Shown here: positions 19,624 through 28,679 of the stretch, in pieces
Layout: the number at the start of each line of letters is the position of its first letter
How positions within the stretch are numbered: position 1 is the stretch's first letter
From: a bacterium
Lineage (GTDB): Bacteria; UBA8248
Direction: 5' to 3'
NCBI GenBank assembly: GCA_965204535.1
Contig: OZ241996.1
Span: 1,529,654-1,593,653, forward strand
DNA length: 64,000 bases
Notes under the pieces: generated by a model
Seen by the model: the letters and a program-made list of their open reading frames with translations, nothing else
Told to the model about the DNA's origin: nothing
Database searches by the model: none
Program-made: the position numbers and the translations under genes

Positions 19624-21348
19624 CTATTCCCGGGCCGCTAAGGGCGTATACGTCTTGAGCGGGTCCGTATCGAACAATATCCCGCCGTCCGCCCCGTGCG
19701 CGAGGCGCGTGACGAAACTGCAGTTCGCCTCGTCCGTCTCGGGATAATCCAGCCGGAAATGCGCCCCCCGGCTCTCTTCCCTTTTGAGCGCGGCGGTGGC
19801 GAGGAGTTTCCCCAGAAGCGCCAGGTTCCGGACCGAGAGCGCGCTTTCGAGTTCCTGGCCTTTCGTTTTCTCAGAGGCGCGCGCGCCGTCATCGAGCCGC
19901 ATGTGGAGGATATCCTCGCTCTCGATGCGCGCATATTCATCCAGCGCATACCGGCAGCCCCCGGCGTCGCGTATGGGGCCGAGCTTCTCGTGCGCGAGCA
20001 TCCGGCAGCGCATGCGCACGTCCTTTTGCAGCGGGCCCTCCTCGCGCTCGATGAGCGCTTCCAGCCAGGTGCGCTCCGCTTCGGGAATGCCGCCGAAAAC
20101 AGCCGGCGCGTCCCGTCCGCTCGCCTTCACCTGCTCAGAAACCGCCCGCCCGGCCCGCCTCCCGTAGACCAGCGAGGCCGAAAGCGCCGAGCCGCCGATG
20201 CGGTTGCCGCCGTGAATGCCGCCCCCCGTCTCGCCCGCGGCCCAAAGGCCCGGCACGCGCGTTTTTCCATTAACGTCTATCTCCAGACCGCCGAGCCATG
20301 TGTGGCTGCCCGGCGCCACTTCGAGCGGCGTTTTCGTGATGTCGATTCCGCGCGAGAGGCACGTCTTGTATACGTGGGGGATCTGTTTCTGGATCGTCTC
20401 CATGGGGACTTTCGTCGCGTCCATGTAGATGCCGCCCGTTAAGCCCGCTCTCCCTGCGTGAATCTCCTTCGCCATGGCGAGGATGACCTCGCTGCGCGTG
20501 CTTTTTTCCGCCGTGTCGGGGAAATAGCGCTTCAGGAACGCCTCGCCCTCCTGGTTCAGGAAAATGGCGCCCGCGTTGATGAACCCGGTGGGATGCGGCG
20601 CGAAGCCAAACAACTCCTCGGGCGCGCAGCACATGGCCTGAAAATCGATCATCTCGATGCCGAGGAGCGCGGCGCCCGCCCGAAAGCCCAGCACGTAGCC
20701 GTCGCCCGTCACCTGCGGCGGGTTGTCGTTCACGTAGAAAAGGCCGCTCCCGCCCCCGGTGGCGAGAATCACCTCGCGCGCGGCGTAGACCATGAGGCAC
20801 CCGCGCGAGTAGTCCACCCCCCATGCGCCGATGACGCGGCCCCCTTCGGTGATGAGGTCCACGACCGCCACATGGGGATGCTGGCCGATGCGGGCGTCGC
20901 CCCTAAGCCTTTTCGAGAGCACCTTGGTGACCATGTTGCCCGTGGTGTCGTGGTGGTGCAGGGCGCGGGGATAGGTATGGCTCGGGAACATCTTGAGGTC
21001 GAGGTCTCCCTCATCGTCCGTGATGAACTCCGCCCCCCACTCGCGCATGTCGTGCACGACGTCGATGATGTCGTACACCCAGGTTCTCGCCAGTTCGGGG
21101 TCGATGAGCTCGCCGCCGTATTTCAGGATTTCCTGCAGGTGAAGCTCCGGGCTGTCGCCGGGCGCCATCGCCGCGGCGAATCCGCCTCGCGCCACGGTCG
21201 TCGTACCGCTGGTTGCCCTGCCCTTGGTGGCCTGGATGACGCGCACGCCCGCCTGCGCGCACTCGAAGGCGGCCATCGTGCCCGCTGCGCCCCCGCCCAC
21301 GATCAACACGTCGGTCTCGTGGCGTTCTTCCGCGATGTTTCCCGCCAT
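19624..21348 (-). CDS. FAD-dependent oxidoreductase of the SdhA/FrdA/NadB superfamily (divergent)
   Basis: 'GGGAAG', 'ATGG', 'TGDG', 'HTWLGG', 'AAGE..GIHGGNRIGG', 'REESRGAHFRLDYP'. Confidence 0.85.
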   Translation of the reverse strand: MAGNIAEERHETDVLIVGGGAAGTMAAFECAQAGVRVIQATKGRATSGTTTVARGGFAAAMAPGDSPELHLQEILKYGGELIDPELARTWVYDIIDVVHDMREWGAEFITDDEGDLDLKMFPSHTYPRALHHHDTTGNMVTKVLSKRLRGDARIGQHPHVAVVDLITEGGRVIGAWGVDYSRGCLMVYAAREVILATGGGSGLFYVNDNPPQVTGDGYVLGFRAGAALLGIEMIDFQAMCCAPEELFGFAPHPTGFINAGAIFLNQEGEAFLKRYFPDTAEKSTRSEVILAMAKEIHAGRAGLTGGIYMDATKVPMETIQKQIPHVYKTCLSRGIDITKTPLEVAPGSHTWLGGLEIDVNGKTRVPGLWAAGETGGGIHGGNRIGGSALSASLVYGRRAGRAVSEQVKASGRDAPAVFGGIPEAERTWLEALIEREEGPLQKDVRMRCRMLAHEKLGPIRDAGGCRYALDEYARIESEDILHMRLDDGARASEKTKGQELESALSVRNLALLGKLLATAALKREESRGAHFRLDYPETDEANCSFVTRLAHGADGGILFDTDPLKTYTPLAARE

Positions 21349-21613
21349 CTGAATCGTCCTTTCGGGCCAATGATTTATGAAGAAAAAAAATTACGGGCGC
21401 ATCTTAAACCATTTGAGGGGAAAAGACCGCCCGCGCCGGGTTTTCGAGGCAACCGGGCCGCGGCCCCTCGATGCGCGGCTTCGCCACTGCTCCAGGTGGC
21501 GAAGGCGACGGCTCCCCTCTTCGCCCAGGATGATGACGCGAACTTCACCCGCGCTTATAATGGCGGCGCATCGCCCGGCTGCGGCCTTACGGAAACGGAG
21601 GGAATCCTGAACC

Positions 21614-21949
21614 ATGACGCGAGTAGACGACGCGCTTCTACGGCGGATGGTAAAGACCATCGTGGATGAGGTCGACCCCGAGCAGGTGATCCTCTTCGGC
21701 TCACGCGCACGCGGCGACGCGGTGGCGGATTCCGACGTGGATTTCGTGGTGGTGGAAGCCGCCCCCTTTAAGGAGGGGCGGGACAGGCGCTCCGAAACGA
21801 CGCGGCTTTGGCGCGCGCTGGCGGGTTTCGACGTTTCCAAGGATATTTTGCTCTTCAGCAGCGATGAAGTGGAATACTGGCGCGACTCCTTGAACCACGT
21901 CCTGGCGCGCGCCCTGCGCGAAGGCGAAGTGCTCTATGAGCGACCCTAA
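21614..21949 (+). CDS. Minimal nucleotidyltransferase (MNT) antitoxin
   Basis: 'VILFGSRARGDAVADSDVDF' (GS-x10-DxD) and 'EGEVLYE' C-terminus; TATAAT at 21556-21561 upstream. Confidence 0.88.
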   Translation: MTRVDDALLRRMVKTIVDEVDPEQVILFGSRARGDAVADSDVDFVVVEAAPFKEGRDRRSETTRLWRALAGFDVSKDILLFSSDEVEYWRDSLNHVLARALREGEVLYERP

Positions 21950-22057
21950 ACAGGCCCGCGTGCTCCTGGAGGCGGCGGAGCGGGACGTTCTTCGACGCGC
22001 GGCTTCGACACTGCTGCATGAGAAGGATAGATTGAAGATTACGCGGCCTCCGAGCCC
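21936..22057 (+). pseudogene. Truncated HEPN toxin remnant
   Basis: Start overlaps the MNT stop. 'MSDPKQARVLLEAAERD' resembles a HEPN N-terminal helix (A..D). Only about 40 codons remain before the convergent Tm-1 gene, and no 'FHAQQA.EK' motif is present. Confidence 0.55.
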
Positions 22058-23302
22058 TCATCCCCGCGCGAGCATCCCGATCATCTTCTCCGCGCAGGCA
22101 TCGGCGAAAGCCGGGTCGTTGATGTGGAGATCGAGCGTGACGATCTCCCCCGTCTTCAGGTGCTCCGCCAGCGAGGCGGCAAAGGCGGCGTCCGCCTCGG
22201 GCTGACGCCAATCGCCCGCATCGCGTCCTTCCAGATCGTGGGCTTTTCGTTTCGTGTGCTCGCTGTAGCCTTTCGTGGGTATCAGTACCGAGAGAGGCCC
22301 TTTGGCGCGGTTCAACTTTTCCGCCATCAGGACGCCGAGCGCCTCGAACTCCTCCCTGTTCGTGCGCATGAGGAGGTTTTGCGCGTTGTACTGGAAGAAC
22401 GCCCGTTTTTGATATTTCCCGGGCACCTGGCCCGTCCAGAAATTCGCGTGATCGAGCGCGCCCGGCACCACGACCTGGGGAATACCTGCTGCACCCGCCG
22501 CCTCGAGCCTCCCCGCGCCCGCGCTGTACACGCCGTCCACCAGCAGGTCCGTGAGTTCGTGCGTGGTGACGTCCACCACGCCGGCCAACTCACCCAGCCC
22601 GGCCAGGGATTCCAGCGCGCGTCCGCCGGGTCCCGAGGCGTGAAAGAACATGACCTCATAGCCCGCCTCGGTGAGCCGCCTTTCCACCTGTTCGACGCAC
22701 GCCGCCGTCCCGCCGAAAGATGACACCCCGATGAGGGGCGGCGCGGAACTATCGCTCTCTCCCTCCGCCTCCTCCTGTTTCACCATCCCCGCCAGAGCAA
22801 GAGCGGCGTTCTTCAGCACCCCGCGCGTGATGCGGTTCAGGGAGATATCGCCGATGGAGGGAAACATGATGATGTCGCTCTCGGCCACATACCACTGCAC
22901 GGCCGCCGTGGCGGCGACGACGCTCACCATCACCTTGGGCGCGAGGGGCGGCAGCGCGCGCATGATGGCGCAGGCCATCGAGGTCCCGTTCGCACCGCCG
23001 AGGCCGACCGCGCCGTGTATTTCGCCTTCCCGATATTTTTCGGCCACAACCCGCCTTCCGCCTTCCATCATGATTTCCGAGGCGGCGTTTCTCTCCATAT
23101 CAGCGAGATCATCCCAACTCCGCCCGGCTGCGGCCGCCACCTCCGCGCCGGTGACATCTGCACCACCGGCCTCGTGCGGCTTACAGGACAAATCCACCAG
23201 GAGGGGTTTTACGCCCGATTCTGAGAGCGCATCCGCTATGAAGCGCGCCTCCGGCCCCTTGCTGTCCATCGTCACCAATATGGCTACACCCGGTTTCGAC
23301 AT
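22058..23302 (-). CDS. Tm-1-like ATP-binding domain protein (UPF0261)
   Basis: 'TMDSKGPEA', 'GLGGANGT', 'PKVMVS', 'FHASGPGGRALE', 'DVTTHE', 'PGALD', 'HINDPAFA'. Confidence 0.9.
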   Translation of the reverse strand: MSKPGVAILVTMDSKGPEARFIADALSESGVKPLLVDLSCKPHEAGGADVTGAEVAAAAGRSWDDLADMERNAASEIMMEGGRRVVAEKYREGEIHGAVGLGGANGTSMACAIMRALPPLAPKVMVSVVAATAAVQWYVAESDIIMFPSIGDISLNRITRGVLKNAALALAGMVKQEEAEGESDSSAPPLIGVSSFGGTAACVEQVERRLTEAGYEVMFFHASGPGGRALESLAGLGELAGVVDVTTHELTDLLVDGVYSAGAGRLEAAGAAGIPQVVVPGALDHANFWTGQVPGKYQKRAFFQYNAQNLLMRTNREEFEALGVLMAEKLNRAKGPLSVLIPTKGYSEHTKRKAHDLEGRDAGDWRQPEADAAFAASLAEHLKTGEIVTLDLHINDPAFADACAEKMIGMLARG

Positions 23303-23360
23303 TTTTCCTTACCCGATAAATTGGTCATCTAAAGATGATGCCAATCGCGTGCGCACATGC

Positions 23361-24197
23361 CTATTTCCGCAAGCGCACAGATTTGAAACCCTGCGCCGCC
23401 CTGGGCACGGCATTCTCCACCGGAAAGCGTTCGGCGGAGGAGCCGCCCACATAGCCGTCGAAGCGGCTCTCCATGTCGAGAAGCCTCTCGAAATCGGCGG
23501 GCGTCTCAATCGCGCCCCCGTGACAGGTGAAGATTCTTTCCCCGTATTTCGGCAATAAAGCGTCGAATATCGCCGCCGCCCGCTGCGCGGCCAGCTCGAG
23601 CGGCATCACCGTTTTGGAACCGATGGAACCGCCCGAGCTGTTCCCGAAATGGATGATAATGTTGTCCACGCCCGCTTCCGCCATGGCGAGGGCCTCATCC
23701 GGCGTCGTCGTGAAGGCTTTGGTGAACATGCCCTTTCGGCTCGCATAGCCCAGAACGTCGACTTCTTTCGAAAAACCCATACCGGTTTCCTCCAGGTCTT
23801 TCCTGAAATTCCCGTCGATTAAGGCGACGGTGGGGCAGTTCATCACCCCGTGGAAGCCCGCCGCTGCAATTTTATCCACGAACCCGGACATGTCTCTCGT
23901 GGGGTCCGCTCCCAGAAGGCCCGCGACCACGGGGCATTCCCGCACGACGTTCAAGATGGAGCGCTCACCCAGTTCGAGCGTGATGGCGTTCGCGTCTCCG
24001 ATGGGCAGGTAGCCCGCCATCGAACTCAGACCCTGCATCCGGTAGTAGGCTAGGTTGAAGGTGGTGACGAGGTCCGCTCCGCCGCGCGCGGCGAATTTCG
24101 CCGTGATGCCGCTCCCGCAAAGTGCGTCATAAACCGCGCGCCCGGCGTCCCTCTCGGCCCGCAGGCGGGCCGCGATTCCATCCCGGGAGAAGTCCAT
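23361..24197 (-). CDS. PEP-hydrolase family TIM-barrel protein (Tm-1 C-terminal-like)
   Basis: 'GSGITAK', 'GDANA', 'PTVALIDG.FR..LEETGMG', 'HGGAIETP', 'GGSSAERFP'. Confidence 0.9.
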   Translation of the reverse strand: MDFSRDGIAARLRAERDAGRAVYDALCGSGITAKFAARGGADLVTTFNLAYYRMQGLSSMAGYLPIGDANAITLELGERSILNVVRECPVVAGLLGADPTRDMSGFVDKIAAAGFHGVMNCPTVALIDGNFRKDLEETGMGFSKEVDVLGYASRKGMFTKAFTTTPDEALAMAEAGVDNIIIHFGNSSGGSIGSKTVMPLELAAQRAAAIFDALLPKYGERIFTCHGGAIETPADFERLLDMESRFDGYVGGSSAERFPVENAVPRAAQGFKSVRLRK

Positions 24198-24345
24198 ATA
24201 TAAATTATCCTCTAAATATCAATAAGTTAGCTGGTATTTCCCAGAGGTTACTCAATATGTTACCACATAAGCGTTTATGATACAGCGTGGTAATGTATTT
24301 TGATGTATTTTCTACTTGAAACCATACCCGCCTTTGTGTGAAAAT

Positions 24346-24543
24346 AGGACATGGAAGAGGCAGGCGACCTATCGCCTTCAAAATCATATTGTTCCAAGGA
24401 TAAGTTCCAGTGGTCCCGTTCGCCCGAGCCGCTCCGCCCTGTTTTCCGGGTGGAGCGGCACGGGGCCACACCTGACCGGTTACAGACATCATTCAAATCG
24501 GCTGAGTGAAATCGCGGAAATTCTACGGCCCTCTTCAGGTCCT
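24346..24543 (+). ncRNA. Candidate structured non-coding RNA with 6S-like architecture
   Basis: Outer stem AGGAC..GAAGAGG / CCTCTTC..GTCCT. Long inner hairpin at 24410-24469 with G-U pairs on the + strand, and weakly paired flanking segments. TTGAAA..GAAAAT upstream. Confidence 0.4.
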
Positions 24544-26667
24544 GTCCGCCAGGAACGCCTCGGCCACGAATATCCCCCCCAGTGCGAGAAACAAAAGCGC
24601 GCCCAGGTCGATGAGCCTCAAGATAGAGCGCAGCGGGTCCGAATCGTTCGCAGGCAAATCACGCACGTCGAGTTTCTCGAGTGTTTCCCTGAAAATGCTC
24701 ATCTCCACGGGGGAGATTTTCGCCTCGGATGCGGGCGCATTCACGGCCACGAAATGTTTTTCATCGGGCGTGAGCACGCGGTAAAAGCCCGCGCGGTAGG
24801 CGTCGCGGTAATAGGCGACGGCGCCGCCGCTTCCCGCCTTGCCCAGCCTGAGCCCCTCGGCGGGCGCAGGCTCGGAACCCGATGCTTTTTCCGTGAATTG
24901 AATCGCGCGCTCTTCCCGCGCCGGGCCGCGTATCTGTATCGCCTCCCCGACCCGCCGGACGGGCGCCCTGATTTCGAACGCCTCTCCCGCATCCGCAGAC
25001 GAAGACACCCCCTTGTGGATGCCTCCCAGAAAGTCCGAAACGCCCCTCATGAAGGGAACGAAAACGGGGCGCACGGCGAGGTCAGTCCAGTCCCGATCGC
25101 ACGTGGAGCCCCACACCATCACCTGGCCCGAACCCACCGAGCCGACGACGAGCACGGGGGCGCCGTCCGGCAGTTCCAGCAGAGCCCGTCCGCCTCTCGC
25201 AGGCTCCAGCGGCGTGATCCGGGCCAGACGCAGGGCGGAGAAAAACCGTCCGCCGTTCACCCCCAGCAGGGAGAAGGCCGGGTGCGCCTCCTCGCCTTGC
25301 GTGATCTTGAGGTTTCGGGACGGGCGCAGCGTGACGGGTCCTTTCGCCGTGGCCGGCAGCCAGCCGAGCCCTGCGGTCATTGCGCTCGACAACTCGCCGG
25401 TGGCCCAGAAAAGACCACCGCCTTTTTCGACGAAATTCCTCAGCCCCTGCTTCGCCCGGTCGGGCCAGCCGCCCAGGTTGCAGGCGATGACGTAGTCGTA
25501 CTCGTCCCATGGCACGTCATTCAGTTCATAAGACGCCACGACGCGCGTCAGCACGGGGGATTCTCCGCCCAAAGGGGCCGCGCTCAGGGCGTTGACGATG
25601 AAAAAGGTCTCGCTGTCCTGGAGCCCGCGCTTCGGGTCCCCGTCGATGACCAGCGCGCGCAGGCGCTTTCCGATGCCCGCCGCGAAGTAGAAGCGGTTCG
25701 TCGCCGAGAGGTTGTCCTCCGGCAACTCGAGGCGGCCGTAGAGCACGCCCTTCTCGGGCGCGTTCACCCGAAAACTCACCGGGCCCGCCCCGTTCGGTTC
25801 GAGGTCCACCTCTATCGTTTCCTGCAACTCCTCGCTCACGTACAACCGTACGGGGACTTTTGATTTCTTCTCCTCTCCCCGATTGAAGACGCGCGCGCCG
25901 ATGGTGAAGGAAAAACCCGCCTTGGGCGGCCACGGCTTCATCTTCACGTCCTGGAAGCTCAAATCCTCCACCCCGGCCTCGGGGGCCACGCGCACGAATT
26001 GCAGATGCACGTGCGGGTTCCATTGCTTGAGATTGCGAATTTGAAACGACTCCCAGTCGCCCCGGGCGAAATCGCTGAAAACGACGATGTTCCTCCGCCC
26101 CGCTTTGGGCGATGCGTTCTCGAGCGCATGCTGGAGGACGCGGGCGGGCGCTCCCCTGGCGTCGGTCTGGCGGACCTGCTCCAGGGCCGCGAGCGCATCC
26201 TCGCGCTTCAACTCCTTGAGTGGCGCGGCGGCCGGTTCCCCCGCGGTCGCCGCGATGCTCATGCGGCCCGCATCCGACATGTCCTCAATCATCCGCCGCA
26301 CGGCGCGTTTGGCCACGTCGAAACGACTGCCCTTTTCCGTCTCAAACGCCATGCTGGCCGAATTGTCGATCACCGCGACGGTATGCTCGGGGAACCATCC
26401 GACGCCCGCCACGCCGCCTTCGGTTTCGAGAAGGGGGCGCGACGCCAGGAAGATGATGATCCCCACGGCGCACACCCGCAGAAACAGGAGTATCCAGTTT
26501 CTGAGTCTGCTGCGGTTCGTGATGCGGCGCTGCGTCCTGAGCAGGAACTCGAACGTGGGGAGGCGGTATCTGCGGACAAGGCGCCTCCTCAGCAGGTGAA
26601 TCAGGATGGGAAGAAAAACGAGCCCCATCCCCCAGAGAAGCGCTGCGTGTAAAAACTGGAAACTCAT
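24535..26667 (-). CDS. BatA-domain / vWA membrane-anchored protein
   Basis: N-terminal 'LPILIHLL.RR...PTFEFL' (BatA), MIDAS 'DNSASM', 'VFSDF', C-terminal TM 'FVAEAFL'. Confidence 0.87.
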   Translation of the reverse strand: MSFQFLHAALLWGMGLVFLPILIHLLRRRLVRRYRLPTFEFLLRTQRRITNRSRLRNWILLFLRVCAVGIIIFLASRPLLETEGGVAGVGWFPEHTVAVIDNSASMAFETEKGSRFDVAKRAVRRMIEDMSDAGRMSIAATAGEPAAAPLKELKREDALAALEQVRQTDARGAPARVLQHALENASPKAGRRNIVVFSDFARGDWESFQIRNLKQWNPHVHLQFVRVAPEAGVEDLSFQDVKMKPWPPKAGFSFTIGARVFNRGEEKKSKVPVRLYVSEELQETIEVDLEPNGAGPVSFRVNAPEKGVLYGRLELPEDNLSATNRFYFAAGIGKRLRALVIDGDPKRGLQDSETFFIVNALSAAPLGGESPVLTRVVASYELNDVPWDEYDYVIACNLGGWPDRAKQGLRNFVEKGGGLFWATGELSSAMTAGLGWLPATAKGPVTLRPSRNLKITQGEEAHPAFSLLGVNGGRFFSALRLARITPLEPARGGRALLELPDGAPVLVVGSVGSGQVMVWGSTCDRDWTDLAVRPVFVPFMRGVSDFLGGIHKGVSSSADAGEAFEIRAPVRRVGEAIQIRGPAREERAIQFTEKASGSEPAPAEGLRLGKAGSGGAVAYYRDAYRAGFYRVLTPDEKHFVAVNAPASEAKISPVEMSIFRETLEKLDVRDLPANDSDPLRSILRLIDLGALLFLALGGIFVAEAFLADRT

Positions 26668-26691
26668 CTCCCCTTCTCCCCAAGCGCCCCG

Positions 26692-27585
26692 CTATATCCT
26701 CGAGCGACTGCGCCACGCCAGAAAGCGGATGAGGCCCCTGTCCAGCGGCTCGGCCGTCGAGACGAGATGATAGTCCACCCCCAAGTCCGCACACCGTTCG
26801 CGCGTTTGCTCAAGAAATTCCTCCAGAAGCCCAAGATAGGGCCGCTTCACCACCTCGCATTCCACGGTGATGTTCCTGTCGATCTCGACGTCGTCCATCC
26901 TGGCGAGGCCTTCGAAGGGAAACTCGAGCTCCACGCTGTCGAGGATGTGGAATACGATGACGTCGCTCCCCTTGAGGCACAGGAGTTTGAGCGCCTTTTC
27001 CACGGCCTCGGGGTCATCGAGCAAATCGGAAACGACCACGACGAGCCCCCTTCGCTTCAGGCGTTCCGCCAGGTCAAGCATCGAACGCGCGATTCCGGTT
27101 CCCCCGGCGGGGGTGGCCGCCTGAAGGCCCGCCAGCAGGGTCAGCAAGTGCTTTCTGATCGATTTGGGCGGAACCTGCACGTCTTCGGTTTCATGGGAAA
27201 TCACCAGCCCCACCGAATCGGACTGGCCCAGCAGCAGATGCGACATGGCCGAGGAGAGCGTGGCCGCATACGCCCACTTGCTCAGGGGCCCGTCGCCGAA
27301 GTCCATCGAGGCGCTCGCGTCGACGACGAGATGCGCGTAGAGGTTCGTCTCGTCCTCGTATTGCTTCACGAGGTAGCGGTCGAATTTCCCGTAGGCCTTC
27401 CAGTCGATGTGCCGGAGTTCATCGCCCGGGCTGTACGCCCGGTGTTCCTCGAAATCGACGCTGAAACCGCGCGAGCGGCTCCTGTGCACGCCGCTCATCA
27501 GGCCCTCGACCACGTGGCGGGCGCGCAGCTGGAGGTTGGACAAACGCGAGATGACGAGGGGGTCGAAATACAGATCCGTGTTCAA
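26692..27585 (-). CDS. DUF58 domain protein
   Basis: 'G.HRS..RG.SVDFEEHRAY.PGDELRHIDWK', 'VKQYEDETN', 'DASASM', 'SDLL'. Real start is probably TTG 27585 (GAGGG RBS), not 28482. Confidence 0.9.
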   Translation of the reverse strand: MNTDLYFDPLVISRLSNLQLRARHVVEGLMSGVHRSRSRGFSVDFEEHRAYSPGDELRHIDWKAYGKFDRYLVKQYEDETNLYAHLVVDASASMDFGDGPLSKWAYAATLSSAMSHLLLGQSDSVGLVISHETEDVQVPPKSIRKHLLTLLAGLQAATPAGGTGIARSMLDLAERLKRRGLVVVVSDLLDDPEAVEKALKLLCLKGSDVIVFHILDSVELEFPFEGLARMDDVEIDRNITVECEVVKRPYLGLLEEFLEQTRERCADLGVDYHLVSTAEPLDRGLIRFLAWRSRSRI

Positions 27586-27608
27586 GCCGATTCCCTCTGA
27601 GCAGGCGT

Positions 27609-28661
27609 CTACGCGGCTTCGGTGGCCTCCGCCGGGGGCGCGATGGTTTCGAGCAGTTGCCGTATCAGGGAGACGGAGTCGTGGCCTTCCGCCTGTCCCC
27701 GGAAGTTCACCAGAATCCGGTGGCGCAACACGGGTTCGGCCAGCGCCCGCACGTCCTCGATGGTGGCGGCGTAGCGGCCCCGGAGCAGCGCCCGCGCCCG
27801 CGCGCCCAGAATCAGATACTGGCTCGCCCTCGGACCCGCGCCCCACTCCACGAAATTGCGGACGAATTCCGGAGCGCTCTCGTCGTCGGGGCGGGATGCG
27901 CGCGCGAGCGACACCGCGTATTCCACCACGTAGGGAGCCGCCGGGACGCGGCGCACCAGTTCCTGAAACGCCAGAATCTGCTCGTTGTTCATGATTTCTT
28001 CGAGTTTGGGGTCGTAGTTCGAGGTCGTCTGCGCGACGATTTCCTTCTCCTCCGCCAGACTCGGGTACGACACCCCGATCTCGAACATGAACCTGTCCAG
28101 CTGCGCTTCGGGCAGCGGATAGGTGCCTTCCTGCTCCACGGGGTTCTGGGTCGCGAGAACGAAAAACGGCGGGTTCAGATAGTGCGCCTGCCCGCCGGCC
28201 GTCACGTGCAGCTCCTGCATGGCCTGCAGAAGCGCCGCCTGCGTCTTGGGCGACGTGCGGTTGATCTCGTCCGCCAGCAGTATCTGCGTGAAGATGGGTC
28301 CGCGAATGAAGCGGAAAGAGCGCCTCCCCTCCATGGTGTCGTCGAGTATGTCCGTGCCCGTGATGTCCGAGGGCATCAGATCGGGCGTGAACTGGATGCG
28401 GTTGAAATCGAGCTGCAGCACGCGGGCCAGGGTGCGTATGAGCAGGGTTTTCGCCAGACCCGGCACGCCGACCAGAAGGCAATGACCCTTGGAAAGCAGG
28501 GCTATCATGACCAGGTCGATCACTTCCGCCTGTCCGACGATGATCTTGTGCACCTGCTCGAGGATGGCGTCGCGCTTCACGCCTATCTCGCGCGCCACCT
28601 CCACGTCCACCTCGTTCATGCCCGACTCTTCGTTTCCCACAACACCTGTTTCATCGTTCAT
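27609..28661 (-). CDS. moxR: MoxR family AAA+ ATPase
   Basis: 'GVPGLAKT', '[12 protein letters not shown]', 'LADEINR', '[21 protein letters not shown]'. Confidence 0.95.
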   Translation of the reverse strand: MNDETGVVGNEESGMNEVDVEVAREIGVKRDAILEQVHKIIVGQAEVIDLVMIALLSKGHCLLVGVPGLAKTLLIRTLARVLQLDFNRIQFTPDLMPSDITGTDILDDTMEGRRSFRFIRGPIFTQILLADEINRTSPKTQAALLQAMQELHVTAGGQAHYLNPPFFVLATQNPVEQEGTYPLPEAQLDRFMFEIGVSYPSLAEEKEIVAQTTSNYDPKLEEIMNNEQILAFQELVRRVPAAPYVVEYAVSLARASRPDDESAPEFVRNFVEWGAGPRASQYLILGARARALLRGRYAATIEDVRALAEPVLRHRILVNFRGQAEGHDSVSLIRQLLETIAPPAEATEAA

Positions 28662-28679
28662 TGCGAACCGCCTCTCGAT

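Noticed and set aside
24351-24509. 52-aa ORF within the candidate ncRNA
   Set aside because: Composition and codon use are unlike neighbouring genes and there is no motif; RNA structure explains the region better.
27586-28482. 596-aa DUF58 ORF with a long N-terminal extension
   Set aside because: The extension overlaps moxR in another frame and is R/G/A-rich shadow sequence; DUF58 similarity starts near 27585.
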